From NCBI GenBank assembly GCA_963776475.1, contig CAVZMZ010000038.1, positions 16,741 to 80,740 of the forward strand: a stretch of DNA of 64,000 bases. Direction: 5' to 3'. Below, in pieces: positions 40,780 through 51,229 of the stretch (positions within the stretch are counted from its first letter, which is position 1; the number at the start of each line of letters is the position of its first letter). Both the position numbers and the translations under genes were made by a program. This stretch comes from an uncultured Chloroflexia bacterium (GTDB lineage Bacteria > Chloroflexota > Anaerolineae > Anaerolineales > Villigracilaceae). The notes under the pieces are model-generated. The model was not told the DNA's origin. It was given only the letters and a program-made list of their open reading frames with translations, and made no database searches.

Positions 40780-40995
40780 TCAGCCTATATAGATACTGTA
40801 ATAACCTTCAGCGCGGGCTGACACCAATCCTGCTTCTGCAAGTTTGGACAAATGGTGCGAGATGGTGGGAGCTTTCAGGTTCAATAAGGCGGCGAGCTCC
40901 TCCACACTGTACTCTTGCCGGGCCAGCAGGCCGACTATTTTTAGCCGGTTGGCATCGGCTAACGCCTTGAAGAAAACCACCAGTTCTGCGTTCAT
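40780..40995 (-). CDS. ArsR/SmtB-family HTH transcriptional regulator (short).
   Basis: ALADANRLKIVGLLARQEYSVEELAALLNLKAPTISHHLSKLAEAGLV. Confidence 0.6.
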   Translation of the reverse strand: MNAELVVFFKALADANRLKIVGLLARQEYSVEELAALLNLKAPTISHHLSKLAEAGLVSARAEGYYSIYIG

Positions 40996-41264
40996 TTTGG
41001 CCTCCAGTAGCGCGAGCCGTCGCGTTTCCGTTCAAGCATCCCGGCGTCGACCAGGTCGCGTCGCAAGCCAGATATGTCCGGGTTGAAATTGGCCAGAATC
41101 AAGTTGACTTCCTTCTCCGTATAATTTGCGCCAACGGTGAAGGCGTTGATCAAATAATCCAGGATGATTTGCAGCTTGGCGGGTTGAAACGGGATTTGCT
41201 TGATGGTCCCATCCGGGTTCAGGTATGCAGCCAGGACCCGCCGCCTGTTCTTTCCCAAATCCAC
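40992..41264 (-). CDS. DUF2087 domain protein.
   Basis: A 90-aa protein with a 4-nt overlap with the downstream ArsR HTH gene. Such domains are usually fused C-terminally to ArsR HTH; here they are separate and in the opposite order. Confidence 0.5.
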   Translation of the reverse strand: MDLGKNRRRVLAAYLNPDGTIKQIPFQPAKLQIILDYLINAFTVGANYTEKEVNLILANFNPDISGLRRDLVDAGMLERKRDGSRYWRPK

Positions 41265-41361
41265 TTCCGGAGTATAGTGCCACGGTGGGCATTCGGGGCG
41301 CTGCGGTATAATGCCGATACAGAAAGAGGTCGCATTAGAATTAATTATTGGAGGTATATCT

Positions 41362-42279
41362 GTGGATCTGCCTAAACATGCATACTTTAAAGGTAAGATT
41401 GTGCCCTACTCGGAAGCGAAGGTTGGAGTAGCCACGCACGCCCTAAATTATGGGACGGCAGTTTTTGGGGGCTTGCGCGGATATTGGAATGAAGATAAGA
41501 AAAAACTATTTGTTTTTCGTCCGATTGACCACTACCGCCGATTCCTGAATTCATGCCGGATCATGTGCATGGAATTCGACCAAACACCTGAAGGCCTTAC
41601 GAACTTGACACTGGAACTCCTCCGCCAGGATGCCTATCAGGAAAACATCTATATCCGGCCCCTGGCCTATAAAGCCGATGAGGGGATCGGTGTTCGTTTG
41701 CATGACCTGAGGGATGAATTGACCATCTTTGCCATTCCTTTCGGTCTTTACATTAAAAATGATACCTCTGCCCATGTGACGATTTCCTCCTGGCGGCGCA
41801 TTGACGATAACTCGATTCCGGCCCGTGGCAAAATCAGCGGTGCCTATGCCAGTTCGGCGCTGATAAAAACCGACGCCGCCCGGGGAGGTTTTGATGAAGG
41901 TCTTGTTCTAACTCAGGATGGTCATCTGGCCGAAGGCAGCGCCATGAATATCTTCATGTTTCGGGATGGCGTGCTGGTTACTCCGCCAATCACGGATAAT
42001 ATCCTGGAAGGAATTACCCGCCGTTCCGTGATGGAACTGGCGAAAAACGAATTGGGGCTGACGGTCGTTCAACGCCAGATAGACCGGTCGGAGATTTACA
42101 TTTGCGATGAATTTTTCCTGACAGGCACAGCAGTCCAGATCACTGCGGTGACCAAAGTAGACCATCGTCCGATTGGTAAGGGCGTGATGGGACCGGTAAC
42201 CGATTCGTTACGCAAGCTATTCGATAAGATTCTGCTTGGGAACAATCCGAAATATGCGCATTGGAATGTCGCGGTCTGA
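41362..42279 (+). CDS. ilvE: Branched-chain amino-acid aminotransferase (class IV).
   Basis: ThALNYGTAVFGGLRGY and a class-IV fold. A GTG start lies 8 nt after GGAGG; the track ORF starts at 41311. Confidence 0.85.
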   Translation: MDLPKHAYFKGKIVPYSEAKVGVATHALNYGTAVFGGLRGYWNEDKKKLFVFRPIDHYRRFLNSCRIMCMEFDQTPEGLTNLTLELLRQDAYQENIYIRPLAYKADEGIGVRLHDLRDELTIFAIPFGLYIKNDTSAHVTISSWRRIDDNSIPARGKISGAYASSALIKTDAARGGFDEGLVLTQDGHLAEGSAMNIFMFRDGVLVTPPITDNILEGITRRSVMELAKNELGLTVVQRQIDRSEIYICDEFFLTGTAVQITAVTKVDHRPIGKGVMGPVTDSLRKLFDKILLGNNPKYAHWNVAV

Positions 42280-42302
42280 TTTCGCCAATTTCACCTGGAA
42301 TA

Positions 42303-42332
42303 AAAAATGCGGCCGCCGGCCGCATTTTGTTA
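42303..42332. terminator. Bidirectional intrinsic terminator between ilvE and the converging gene.
   Basis: AAAAAATGCGGCCGCCGGCCGCATTTTGTT: a GC stem flanked by an A-run and a T-run. Confidence 0.6.
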
Positions 42333-42344
42333 ATTCAATAATCC

Positions 42345-43082
42345 CTAGCGCGTTACAGTGAAAACGATCATCACCAAATTCTTTGCGCAATCATCAAATG
42401 TATCAAAATAGGTCTTATCAGTCAGCGGCTTGCCATTATTATCGAAAAGCTGGACCCAAAGCGTGCCGGTTGAGGCGATGGGTTTGGTGCCCAGTTTGTC
42501 GAATTCGAAACCTGACGTACCATAGGCCGGATTGCCGCCACTCAAAACGATGCTGTTAATCGTCGTACCATTCAGGTCGCCACCCATCTGGACGGTTTGA
42601 AACAGTAGAGGTTTATTGGTCGCGTCCAGCACTTTCCCACCTGCTCCCATCCAATTGCAAGCCAGGTCTGGATGAATGGTGGTACTGGCCTGATAAGTAA
42701 TAACTGCTGAGGCGGGCATGGCCGTAGGGGAGACCGTCGGTGTACCAGAGGCCGTAGGCTCCAAAGTGAGGGTTGGAGTGATCAATAACGGAACTGACGT
42801 CCAGGTGGGAGCTTTTGTTCGAGTTGGTAGCGGTGAATTGGTTGGAGTAGGCGTCCAGGTAGCGGCTAGTGGAATGATCGTAGGGGTTGGCGTGGAAGTT
42901 TTAAAAAGGGTGGGGAGCGGCGCCGGAGGGAAGGGGTTGTAAGCTCCGTTGGGGTTGATGAAAATAGCAGTGAAATAATATGCCAGATAAATAACCAGCA
43001 GCAAGACAAGGATCGTCAGGATATTCCAGATCACTGGTTTTCGTTTCACTTTCGGTTCAGGTTTTAGCTCAAAATTATCCAT
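42345..43082 (-). CDS. Membrane-anchored hypothetical protein with a Pro/Thr-rich linker and a C-terminal globular domain.
   Basis: The start MDNFELK at 43082 follows GGAG. There is a TM helix and PTPT repeats. Confidence 0.5.
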   Translation of the reverse strand: MDNFELKPEPKVKRKPVIWNILTILVLLLVIYLAYYFTAIFINPNGAYNPFPPAPLPTLFKTSTPTPTIIPLAATWTPTPTNSPLPTRTKAPTWTSVPLLITPTLTLEPTASGTPTVSPTAMPASAVITYQASTTIHPDLACNWMGAGGKVLDATNKPLLFQTVQMGGDLNGTTINSIVLSGGNPAYGTSGFEFDKLGTKPIASTGTLWVQLFDNNGKPLTDKTYFDTFDDCAKNLVMIVFTVTR

Positions 43083-43105
43083 TGTTTTGTCTCCGGGGAC
43101 ACATT

Positions 43106-44002
43106 TCAAGGGGTAAAGAGAATTTTACCCTTAATTCTCTCTTGAGTAAGCCAATCCTGCACGGCGCGTTCCTGGAGAGTCAGTAAGGCGTCTGGAGATA
43201 GAGGTCGGGCGGGGTCACGCGCCACCACATAAAGGATGTCATAACCGGCCGCGGTTTGGATAATATCGCTGTATTGACCAGCCTGGAGAGCGAATGCCGC
43301 CGTCTCGATGGCAGGATCAGACAGATACCCTCGAGGAAACCAGCCCAACTCACCTTTTGTAACCGGGTCATATTGAGCAGCCAGATCGTTGAAATTCCAG
43401 CCTGCCTTCAGATAGCCGAGCGCCTGTTGGGCCGCATCTGCATTATAGAGCAAAATCTGTTTTACGTGTACCTGTTCAGCGGTAGCAGGGACGGATGCGG
43501 CGAGCTGATCACGCATTGAAGCTGCGGCCATCTGTCGGCGTAAATCGGATCTGAACGCCTCATCTGTATATCCGTGGGCTGTTTCCCAGGCAGTCAGGGC
43601 CTGCTGGCCTCCCACCTGGGTGGCCAAGCTATCGATGCGACTCTGTAATGCCGCATCCTCCACACGAATTCCTTTGGCTGCCGCACCCTGCGCCAGCAGA
43701 AGGGTATCAACGAACTCATCCTGCACAGCTTTTGTAGCTGCCTCCAGGTTGGCGGTGTTGCCCATGGCTGTCTGGGCCTGCTGGTAGCGGGCCAGTTCAG
43801 CATTGAATTCGTCTACGGTTATGCCTTCACCGTTGACGGAAAGCGCCAAAGGAATGGGGGTGATGGTTGGGGTCGGTGAAGGAGTGGGAGTAGGAGTAGG
43901 AGATGCGGGTAGCAGATTGATTGCGCCCGGAGCCGAACAGGCGGTCAGGACAAGGAAAAGGCTAAAGCAAGCGAATTTGCGAAGGGAAGTGGGGGAACTC
44001 AT
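43106..44002 (-). CDS. Parvulin-type peptidyl-prolyl cis-trans isomerase lipoprotein (SurA/PrsA-like).
   Basis: A lipobox LVLTAC, a PT linker, and the PpiC domain VHVKQILL...GELGWFPRGYL. Confidence 0.75.
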   Translation of the reverse strand: MSSPTSLRKFACFSLFLVLTACSAPGAINLLPASPTPTPTPSPTPTITPIPLALSVNGEGITVDEFNAELARYQQAQTAMGNTANLEAATKAVQDEFVDTLLLAQGAAAKGIRVEDAALQSRIDSLATQVGGQQALTAWETAHGYTDEAFRSDLRRQMAAASMRDQLAASVPATAEQVHVKQILLYNADAAQQALGYLKAGWNFNDLAAQYDPVTKGELGWFPRGYLSDPAIETAAFALQAGQYSDIIQTAAGYDILYVVARDPARPLSPDALLTLQERAVQDWLTQERIKGKILFTP

Positions 44003-44019
44003 TGTTCAGGATTATACCA

Positions 44020-44050
44020 ATTAAATAAAACAGGGGCACGGCATGCCGTG
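44020..44050 (-). terminator. Intrinsic terminator after groEL.
   Basis: On the minus strand, the perfect palindrome CAGGGGCACGGCATGCCGTGCCCCTG is followed by TTTTATTTAATT. Confidence 0.6.
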
Positions 44051-44073
44051 CCCCTGCTCGAAACGCAGGTGGT

Positions 44074-45717
44074 TTAGTAGTCCATTCCGCCGCCGGGGGG
44101 CATGGCGGGGGCTGACTTTTCTTTTTCAGGTACGTCGGTGACCAGACATTCAGTGGTCAGGATCATCGCAGCGATGGAGGCGGCATTTTCAAGGGCACCG
44201 CGTACGACCTTGAGCGGGTCAATGACGCCGGCCTTGAGCATATCGCCGTATTCTTCGGTGATGACGTTATAGCCGAGATGCTTATTGCCCTGTTCCTTGG
44301 CAAGTCGGCGGACGTTCTCGATAATGACTGCACCGTCCTGACCGGCATTCTCAGCCAGTCTGCGGATGGGGGCTTCGAGGGCCTTGCGGACAATGGCAAC
44401 GCCGATGGTCTCATCATCGCCATCCATCTTGACTTTGTCGAGGGAGGCAACAGCGTTGATGAAGACGATTTCACCACCGGGGACAATGCCTTCTTCGATG
44501 GCAGCGCGTGTGGCCGAGAGGGCGTCTTCGACGCGGTGTTTCTTCTCTTTGAGTTCGGTCTCGGTGGCTGCGCCGACACGGATGATGGCTACGCCGCCGG
44601 AGAGCTTGGCCAAACGCTCCTGCAGTTTTTCCTTGTCGTAATCGCTGGTGCTCTTGTCGATCTCGACACGGATCTGCTCGATGCGGCCCTTGATCTGGGC
44701 GGCATCACCCTTGCCACCAACGATGGTGGTGTTGTCTTTGTCAGCAACGACTTTCTCAGCCTTGCCGAGGTCCTGCAGGGTGGTGGTTTCAAGCTTGCGG
44801 CCAGTCTCTTCGGAGATGAGTTGACCGCCGGTAAGAGTGGCAATATCCTGCATCATGGCCTTGCGGCGATCGCCGAAGCCAGGGGCTTTGACAGCCAGCA
44901 CGTTCAACATGCCGCGCAGTTTGTTCAGCACGAGAGTGGCCAGGGCTTCGCCGTCAATATCCTCTGCAATGATGACCAGGTCGCGTTTGCCGATCTGGAC
45001 AAGTTTTTCCAGCACCGGGACAATGTCCTGGGCGGCGGAAATTTTCTTGTCGTAGATGAGGATGTAAGGTTCGGGGATCACTGATTCCATGTGCTCGGAA
45101 TCGGTGATGAAGTAGGCTGACATGTAACCGCGATCAAACTGCATGCCTTCGACATACTCCGTCTCGAACTGCAGGGACTTGGACTCTTCGACGGTGATGA
45201 CGCCGTCTTTGCCGACTTTGTCCATCACGTCTGCAATCAGTTTACCGATCTCGGGGTCAGCCGCGGAGTTGGTGGCAACCGAGGCGATTTCTTCTTTTGT
45301 CTCGATCTTCTGGGCCATTTTGCGCAGGGCGGCGACGACAGTCTCCACGCCCCGGCTGATGCCGAGTTTCAGGCGCATCGGGTTGGCGCCGGCGGCCAGG
45401 TTCTTCAGGCCTTCCGTTACAATGGCATGCGCCAGTACGGTGGAGGTGGTGGTTCCATCACCGGCGATATCATTGGTTTTGGTGGCGGCTTCCTTGAGAA
45501 GCTGCGCGCCCATATTCGCAAAGGGATCTTCCAGTTCGATTTCCTTGGCAACCGTCACGCCGTCATGGGTGATGGTGGGGGAGCCGAACTTCCGGTCCAG
45601 GGCCACATTGCGGCCTTTGGGGCCAAGCGTGGTGCCGACAGCATTGGCGACCACATCAATGCCTTGCTGTAATCGCCGGCGGGCGTCTTCGGAAAATACG
45701 AGTTGTTTTGCAGCCAT
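44074..45717 (-). CDS. groL: Chaperonin GroEL.
   Basis: A 547-aa protein with [12 protein letters not shown] and a C-terminal GGM-like tail. GGAGG lies 8 nt before the ATG. Confidence 0.95.
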   Translation of the reverse strand: MAAKQLVFSEDARRRLQQGIDVVANAVGTTLGPKGRNVALDRKFGSPTITHDGVTVAKEIELEDPFANMGAQLLKEAATKTNDIAGDGTTTSTVLAHAIVTEGLKNLAAGANPMRLKLGISRGVETVVAALRKMAQKIETKEEIASVATNSAADPEIGKLIADVMDKVGKDGVITVEESKSLQFETEYVEGMQFDRGYMSAYFITDSEHMESVIPEPYILIYDKKISAAQDIVPVLEKLVQIGKRDLVIIAEDIDGEALATLVLNKLRGMLNVLAVKAPGFGDRRKAMMQDIATLTGGQLISEETGRKLETTTLQDLGKAEKVVADKDNTTIVGGKGDAAQIKGRIEQIRVEIDKSTSDYDKEKLQERLAKLSGGVAIIRVGAATETELKEKKHRVEDALSATRAAIEEGIVPGGEIVFINAVASLDKVKMDGDDETIGVAIVRKALEAPIRRLAENAGQDGAVIIENVRRLAKEQGNKHLGYNVITEEYGDMLKAGVIDPLKVVRGALENAASIAAMILTTECLVTDVPEKEKSAPAMPPGGGMDY

Positions 45718-46036
45718 AATTCATTCCTCCAATCAGATAATTTACTTTAACGATGGCGAGGATGTCGCTCTCGCGCAGGATGAGCAGTTTCTTGCCATCC
45801 ACTTTGATTTCGGTGCCGGAATACTTGGCGTACAAGACTTTGTCGCCCACGGCTACATCCATGGCGATGCGCTTTCCGTCCTCATCACGGTCGCCAGGTC
45901 CAACGGCCAGGACGTTGCCCTGCTGGGGTTTTTCTTTCGCCGTTTCGGGGAGCACAATGCCTCCCGCGGTGATATCCTCTTGCTCGATGGGTTCGATCAC
46001 CACACGGCTGCCGAGGGGTTTGAGATTAAGTGCCAT
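45656..46036 (-). CDS. groS: Co-chaperonin GroES. The ORF as sequenced runs ~30 codons past the expected ...ILAIVK end into groEL.
   Basis: [16 protein letters not shown]...ILAIVK is canonical. A TAA lies in the +1 frame at ~45757, so an indel near the AAA run is likely. Confidence 0.85.
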   Translation of the reverse strand: MALNLKPLGSRVVIEPIEQEDITAGGIVLPETAKEKPQQGNVLAVGPGDRDEDGKRIAMDVAVGDKVLYAKYSGTEIKVDGKKLLILRESDILAIVKVNYLIGGMNYGCKTTRIFRRRPPAITARH

Positions 46037-46067
46037 ATTCGCCTCCTGAATAAATTTTTGCAGTATT

Positions 46068-46094
46068 TTAGCACTCTACTACTTAGAGTGCTAA
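46068..46094. promoter_or_regulatory. CIRCE operator (HrcA binding site) of the groESL operon.
   Basis: TTAGCACTC-TACTACTTA-GAGTGCTAA exactly matches the CIRCE consensus. Confidence 0.85.
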
Positions 46095-46098
46095 GACT

Positions 46099-46127
46099 AT
46101 GATACATGCCTTCTGGAAGAACGTCAA
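46099..46127 (-). promoter_or_regulatory. Sigma-70-type promoter of groESL.
   Basis: On the minus strand, TTGACG, a 17-nt spacer and TATCAT lie immediately upstream of CIRCE. Confidence 0.5.
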
Positions 46128-46196
46128 GGGGAAAATTAAAGGATTAACGAAATTCTGATATATCGCCAACATGCCTGCCGGATTTACCAACTGTCC

Positions 46197-47657
46197 TTAA
46201 GGCACGGGAGTGTACTTCGGAGTGATCAGGGGGATCACGGTAACACCGGGTGTGGTGACCGGCGTCTGGGTTCGGGCTGCTGTGACTTCTGCGCAGATTG
46301 CAAGACCCACATCCGCATTTCGGGTAATGATCGTATTGTCGGGATACGTGACCTTTAATTGGGTCAACAAACTCACCACCTCCGGGCAGTATTCGGGCTT
46401 GTTTGGTGCAAATGCGGATAGAACAGAGCCGAGATCCAGGTAATACGTGGCGCTGTTGGGGTTTAGCACCAAAGGTTTCACTTCGACGCCGACACAACTA
46501 CTCCCGGCCAGGACAGCCTGGCATGAAGCTTGTGCATCACAACCTTCCACGGCGCACCTCAAGGCAATAATGGATGTCTCGAAATTGCGACCCCGTTTGT
46601 AGATATCCCCGAGTTGGCCATACAGGTCGGCGTTGGTATGGGTCCAATTCGATGGCTTTCTGGGCATTCAGAGCGGCCGCGAAGAACTGACCTTGCTGGG
46701 CATATGTTTTCGCGATCGCCATGTAAGGCGAAGGATCACTGATCTTGAGTTGATCGTTGATGGTGATTGCCTTGGCATAACTTGCGCGTGCGCTGGTGTA
46801 GAGATCGCTCTGTTCGGACGGGACGGTGCTAAGAAAAGCCAGGGTGCGGTAATTATGCCCAATGGTAATGTAGAGGAAAGTCAGGTTGGGGTTGATCGTC
46901 GAGTGCCTTTTGGTATTCCTCAATTGCCTGGCTATAATTGGCGGTCGATTCAAGATAATAGCCATAGACGCGATGGACATCCATCACCTGCGGGCCCAGT
47001 TGCAGCGCAGGCTTGATATAAAGAGCAGGCCTGGTCCCATTTCTGTTCATCAATCAGGATTTCAGCACGATATGCCAGGGCCAGAGGGTTCTGGCTATTC
47101 AGCCTGAGAGCGTTGACGGCATCCTGTTCGGCCTCGAAGATGAAATCGGCGGATTTTTTGTCTCCGGTGCGCAAGGGATCCAGGGCAGGATCGGCATTCC
47201 AGTCCAGGACGAAGGAGCGGATGGCATAGGCGTCGCTGTCATCAGGGGCGATGGCAACGGCTTGATCGGCAGATTGCAGCGCTTCCGTAAGCCGTTTCAG
47301 GCGGTCGGTATCATTGGAAAGCAGGCGGGAGGAATAGGTCTGGATGCGCGCCAATTCGGTCCAGACCTTCGGATCATTTGTGCTACCCTGGGTGGTTGCC
47401 TGCTGGTAAGCGGCAATGGCCAAATTCAGAGCGCCGGCTTTAAATTGGGTCTCACCTTCGAGAACCAGGGAATTAATCGTCCTCGTGGAGGTGGGGGTGG
47501 GATCAAAGGGATTGCGGATGGTGCCCGTTTGAAGCCGTGAAGTAAACCAAACCCCGGCGAGGATGAGGATTACCAGGGTGAACAGGCGATAGAGGTTGGA
47601 TGGGCGGCGCCAAAAAGGGGTGCGGGCAAACAGCGTCCGGCGACGGGTCACTTTCAT
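46197..47657 (-). pseudogene. TPR-repeat membrane-anchored protein (gene B) fragmented by at least three frameshifts.
   Basis: The start MKVTRRR is at 47657, with a TM helix. TPR-like content continues through ORFs 46950..47816, 46853..47053, 46537..46980 and 46197..46667 in changing frames. Confidence 0.5.
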
Positions 47658-48936
47658 GGGGTTGGGGTGACCCCGGGAGTGGCTGAAGCCTGCGGAGAGG
47701 CCGTGCCAATATTCTTGGCACATAAATCCTGGGCATAATTGGCGTTGTATACGGCATTTTCGTTTGACCGGAAGGCATCCAGGATGGTTTGAGTTAGCGG
47801 CAGGGCCTCGGCGCAATGGTCATTTTGGGCCAGTACAAGTGCATAGGTGTAATAGTATATGGAAACCCAGGACCCATTATCGGTTGTGGGTAGAGGCTGG
47901 ATGGTTTGTCCATCGGCCGTCTTACCGCCATTAATGGTCAGTGAAAGCTGTTCAATGGCAGATTGCCATTCGTTATTTTTATAAAGCATGTAGCCCCAAT
48001 TACCGCGCAGGTCAGGATCTGTTGGAGCATCCTGAACGGCCGCATTCGCATACTGTTCGGCCTGAGTAAACTGGCCAATGGTGGCTAACGCGCGTGAACT
48101 GTAGAGTTCAGGCAGGTAATCAGATGGATTGAGGGTATTGGCAAGCGTATATTGCTGGATGGCCTGGTCGATCACTCCCAGGGACTTATAGGTTACACCG
48201 AGCTGCAGGTGGATTTCGGAAATATTTTTGTTGACGTTGATGGCAGCCAGATATTCCTGGACAGCCTGTTCCTGGTTGCCGGTGAGTTGGTAGATATAGG
48301 CGCGTGCCCAGTGCGCCTCCAGGCTGTTGGGCGCCAGGTTGGTGGCTGTCCCGGGACTCGTCAATGGCAGTTTGGATCGGGTCGATGTACGGACCGGCAC
48401 TGTTTTCGAACATCTTTCCATATAAGAAAGCATCATAAGCATGCGCCAGGCCATTATTGGGATCCAATCGCAGTGCATTTTGAAGCGAGTCGTCTGCCGT
48501 TGTGTAATCGCCTTTCTGGGTCAGCGCCCAGCCGCGCACGGCATAGTGCCATGGAACTATTGGGGTTGAGTAGCAAGGAATTTTCGGCATTAACCAAAGC
48601 GTCATCATACTTCCCGGCAAAAATCTGGACACGCGCCAACGCAATATATAGCGCCGGGTCATTCGGTGTTAGACGGATGGCCTCCATATAGGTATCGATT
48701 GACTGGAGCAGTTTCCCTTCGGCAAACAGCCCTTCCGCCTCGGTGACGTAGGACTCCGGGGCACGTGTGACGGTGGGGGTTGGCATGAAGGGTGTCTGTG
48801 CGGTTGGCAGTACGAACCGGTCAACGTACGTGACAAACGCAATCAAGATCACCAGCAAAAACAACCAGGAACCAGTTGATCTTAGGCCGCCGCTGGCGCA
48901 AATTCCATTTTGAACCTCGTAAGTACATGCAATCAT
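47654..48936 (-). pseudogene. TPR-repeat membrane-anchored protein (gene A) fragmented by at least two frameshifts. Its stop overlaps the start of gene B (ATGA).
   Basis: The start MIACTYEV is followed by a TM helix. TPR sense switches between ORFs 48454..48936, 48186..48662 and 47654..48478. Confidence 0.5.
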
Positions 48937-49147
48937 CTTACCATCTGATGCAAATTGGCGTCAATCCCTCTTTGGGCTTCACATTGTAGGGGTTCGGGGA
49001 TAATGGCCGTTAGCAGAATCAACCACCGCTTCCCCAATGGCTTTTACATGCCCAGCCAAGCGGCGGCGATAGCAAAGTTTCCAGACTTTGTGAAAACCTT
49101 GCAATCCCTCTTGTCAGACATCCGGCTTACGGCTAGAATGGTTTAAT

Positions 49148-49909
49148 ATGGAGTTCGACGTCTTTACACTCCTGCCTGAAGTTTTTCCCCCTTATCTAGA
49201 GAGCAGCATTCTTCAACGCGCCCGCCAACGTGGGCTGATAGAAGTACGTGTCCATAATATCCGCGACTGGGCTACAGACAAGCATCATGTCACCGACGAT
49301 GAACCTTACGGTGGTGGCGGCGGAATGGTAATGAAAGTGGAACCGGTCTTCGCTGCGGTCGGAAGTGTGCTAGGGCCTTCCGCCCCACAGGTGGGGGGCA
49401 ATTGCCCGGTTATTTTGTTGACTCCCCAGGGGCGTGTTTTCAACCAGGTCATTGCGATGGAACTCGCACGCTACCCGCACGTGGCTTTGATCTGCGGCCG
49501 CTACGAAGGCGTGGATGAACGCATCCGCGAACACCTGGTTACTGACCAAATCTCGATTGGCGATTACGTGCTGACCGGCGGCGAACTCCCTGCGTTGATT
49601 CTTATCGATGCGCTGGCGCGCCTTCTCCCTGGCGTACTGGGCGATCCAGATGGACCCTTCGACGACTCCCACGCTTCAGGCTTGTTGGAATATCCGCACT
49701 ACACTCGTCCTCCGGAATTCCACGGTTGGACTGTTCCGGAGATCCTGGTTTCCGGCAACCATGCCAGGATCGAGAACTGGCGGCGGGAACAGTCCTTGCG
49801 GCGAACATTCAAGCATCGCCCGGATTTGCTTGAAAAAGCAAATCTGGATGATGCAGACCAAAAAATGCTAAAAAAAATCATTGATGAGGAGAGGTCTGAT
49901 GAAGTTTAA
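49148..49909 (+). CDS. trmD: tRNA (guanine37-N1)-methyltransferase.
   Basis: An SPOUT/TrmD fold with YGGGGGMVM and [10 protein letters not shown]. Confidence 0.9.
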   Translation: MEFDVFTLLPEVFPPYLESSILQRARQRGLIEVRVHNIRDWATDKHHVTDDEPYGGGGGMVMKVEPVFAAVGSVLGPSAPQVGGNCPVILLTPQGRVFNQVIAMELARYPHVALICGRYEGVDERIREHLVTDQISIGDYVLTGGELPALILIDALARLLPGVLGDPDGPFDDSHASGLLEYPHYTRPPEFHGWTVPEILVSGNHARIENWRREQSLRRTFKHRPDLLEKANLDDADQKMLKKIIDEERSDEV

Positions 49910-51170
49910 TTATGGCAAGATTTTCCTGCTTGGCTTTGGTTTTTTCGGCGTCAGTATTATTTGGGGAGTGTATAACGCTTTTGTGCCAATTTTTCTATCT
50001 GACAAGTTCCACCTGGCTCCGATCTGGATCGGGTTCTTTATGACGCTCGACAATATTGCGGCGTTGTTCATTCAGCCACCGGTCGGAGCCTGGTCGGATC
50101 GCCTGCGGACCAAGCTCGGACGGCGCCTGCCGTTCATCCTGATTGGCGCGCCGCTGGGTGCTGTGGCCTTTGGTTTTGTTCCAATGGCTGCCATCTTGCC
50201 GCTGTTTGTAGCCTGTACCAGCACACTCATTTTGAGTATGGCGATCTGGCGTACGCCGGTGGTCGCTCTCATGCCAGACATTACACCGTCTGGAAAACGC
50301 TCGCAGGCCAACGGTATTATTAATTTTATGGGTGGCATTGGTACGATCATCGCCTTGCAGACCGGCGGGACGCTTTACAAACTCAGCCCGAGTTTTCCCT
50401 TCTGGATGGGATCGGTGCTGGTTGTCCTGGCGGCACTAATGGTGCTATTTTTTATCCGTGAGCCAAAGAATTATGATGAATCAGAAATTGAACCCAATAT
50501 GTTCGCCAGCTTGCGCGAAGTGCTGAAGGATAAAGATAAAAGCGCATTATGGCTGTTCCTGGCGATTTTCTTCTGGTTCATCGGTTACGCGGCGGTCGAC
50601 GCATTTTTTACTTTGTATGCGAAAAAACACCTCGGCCTTAATGAGGGCGATGGAGCGACTTTGCTTTCCGTACTGCCGCTTCTATTTGTTATCTTTGCCA
50701 TCCCGTCCGGGATTATTGCCAGCAAGATTGGACGAAGGGTAACCATTTCCATCGGGCTGGTCCTGATGACGGCAGTACTTATTTGCCTGTATATCTTTCC
50801 GCCGACAGCGCTGTTGACCCCGGTTACAAAACTGCCATTGGTGGGAATCCCTCTTGTGGAGGGTGGCCCGCGCATGCTTACCCTGGCAGGGGTGTTGCTG
50901 ATGTTTGCCGGAGTTGCCTGGGCCTTCGTTAATATCAATTCTCTGCCGATGGTGGTGGATATGACCAGCGCGGCCCGTATCGGGACTTATACCGGCCTGT
51001 ATTACCTGTTCTCGACCCTGTCTGCCATCGTTGGACCGAATGTCAACGGATGGATCATCCAACTTACCAGCGGAAACTACAATAACATTATGCTGTTTGC
51101 TCCGATCTTTATGGTCATCGCCCTAGTGCTCATGTGGGGCGTCCGGCGAGGCGAGGCGCGTGTTGTTTAG
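49899..51170 (+). CDS. MFS transporter.
   Basis: Twelve TM helices and a DRLxxKLGRR-like motif ([14 protein letters not shown]). The start at MKFNYG overlaps the trmD end. Confidence 0.75.
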   Translation: MKFNYGKIFLLGFGFFGVSIIWGVYNAFVPIFLSDKFHLAPIWIGFFMTLDNIAALFIQPPVGAWSDRLRTKLGRRLPFILIGAPLGAVAFGFVPMAAILPLFVACTSTLILSMAIWRTPVVALMPDITPSGKRSQANGIINFMGGIGTIIALQTGGTLYKLSPSFPFWMGSVLVVLAALMVLFFIREPKNYDESEIEPNMFASLREVLKDKDKSALWLFLAIFFWFIGYAAVDAFFTLYAKKHLGLNEGDGATLLSVLPLLFVIFAIPSGIIASKIGRRVTISIGLVLMTAVLICLYIFPPTALLTPVTKLPLVGIPLVEGGPRMLTLAGVLLMFAGVAWAFVNINSLPMVVDMTSAARIGTYTGLYYLFSTLSAIVGPNVNGWIIQLTSGNYNNIMLFAPIFMVIALVLMWGVRRGEARVV

Positions 51171-51229
51171 CGGCAAACAAGAGCGGGAGCCAGTGTGGTA
51201 CATATGAACCGATCAGAAAGAACGCGGCC

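Noticed and set aside
44278-45084. 268-aa and 319-aa + strand ORFs across groEL.
   Set aside because: They are antisense to the highly conserved GroEL frame.
48955-49146. A 63-aa ORF upstream of trmD.
   Set aside because: There is no RBS or recognisable fold. It lies in the divergent promoter region between the TPR gene and trmD.
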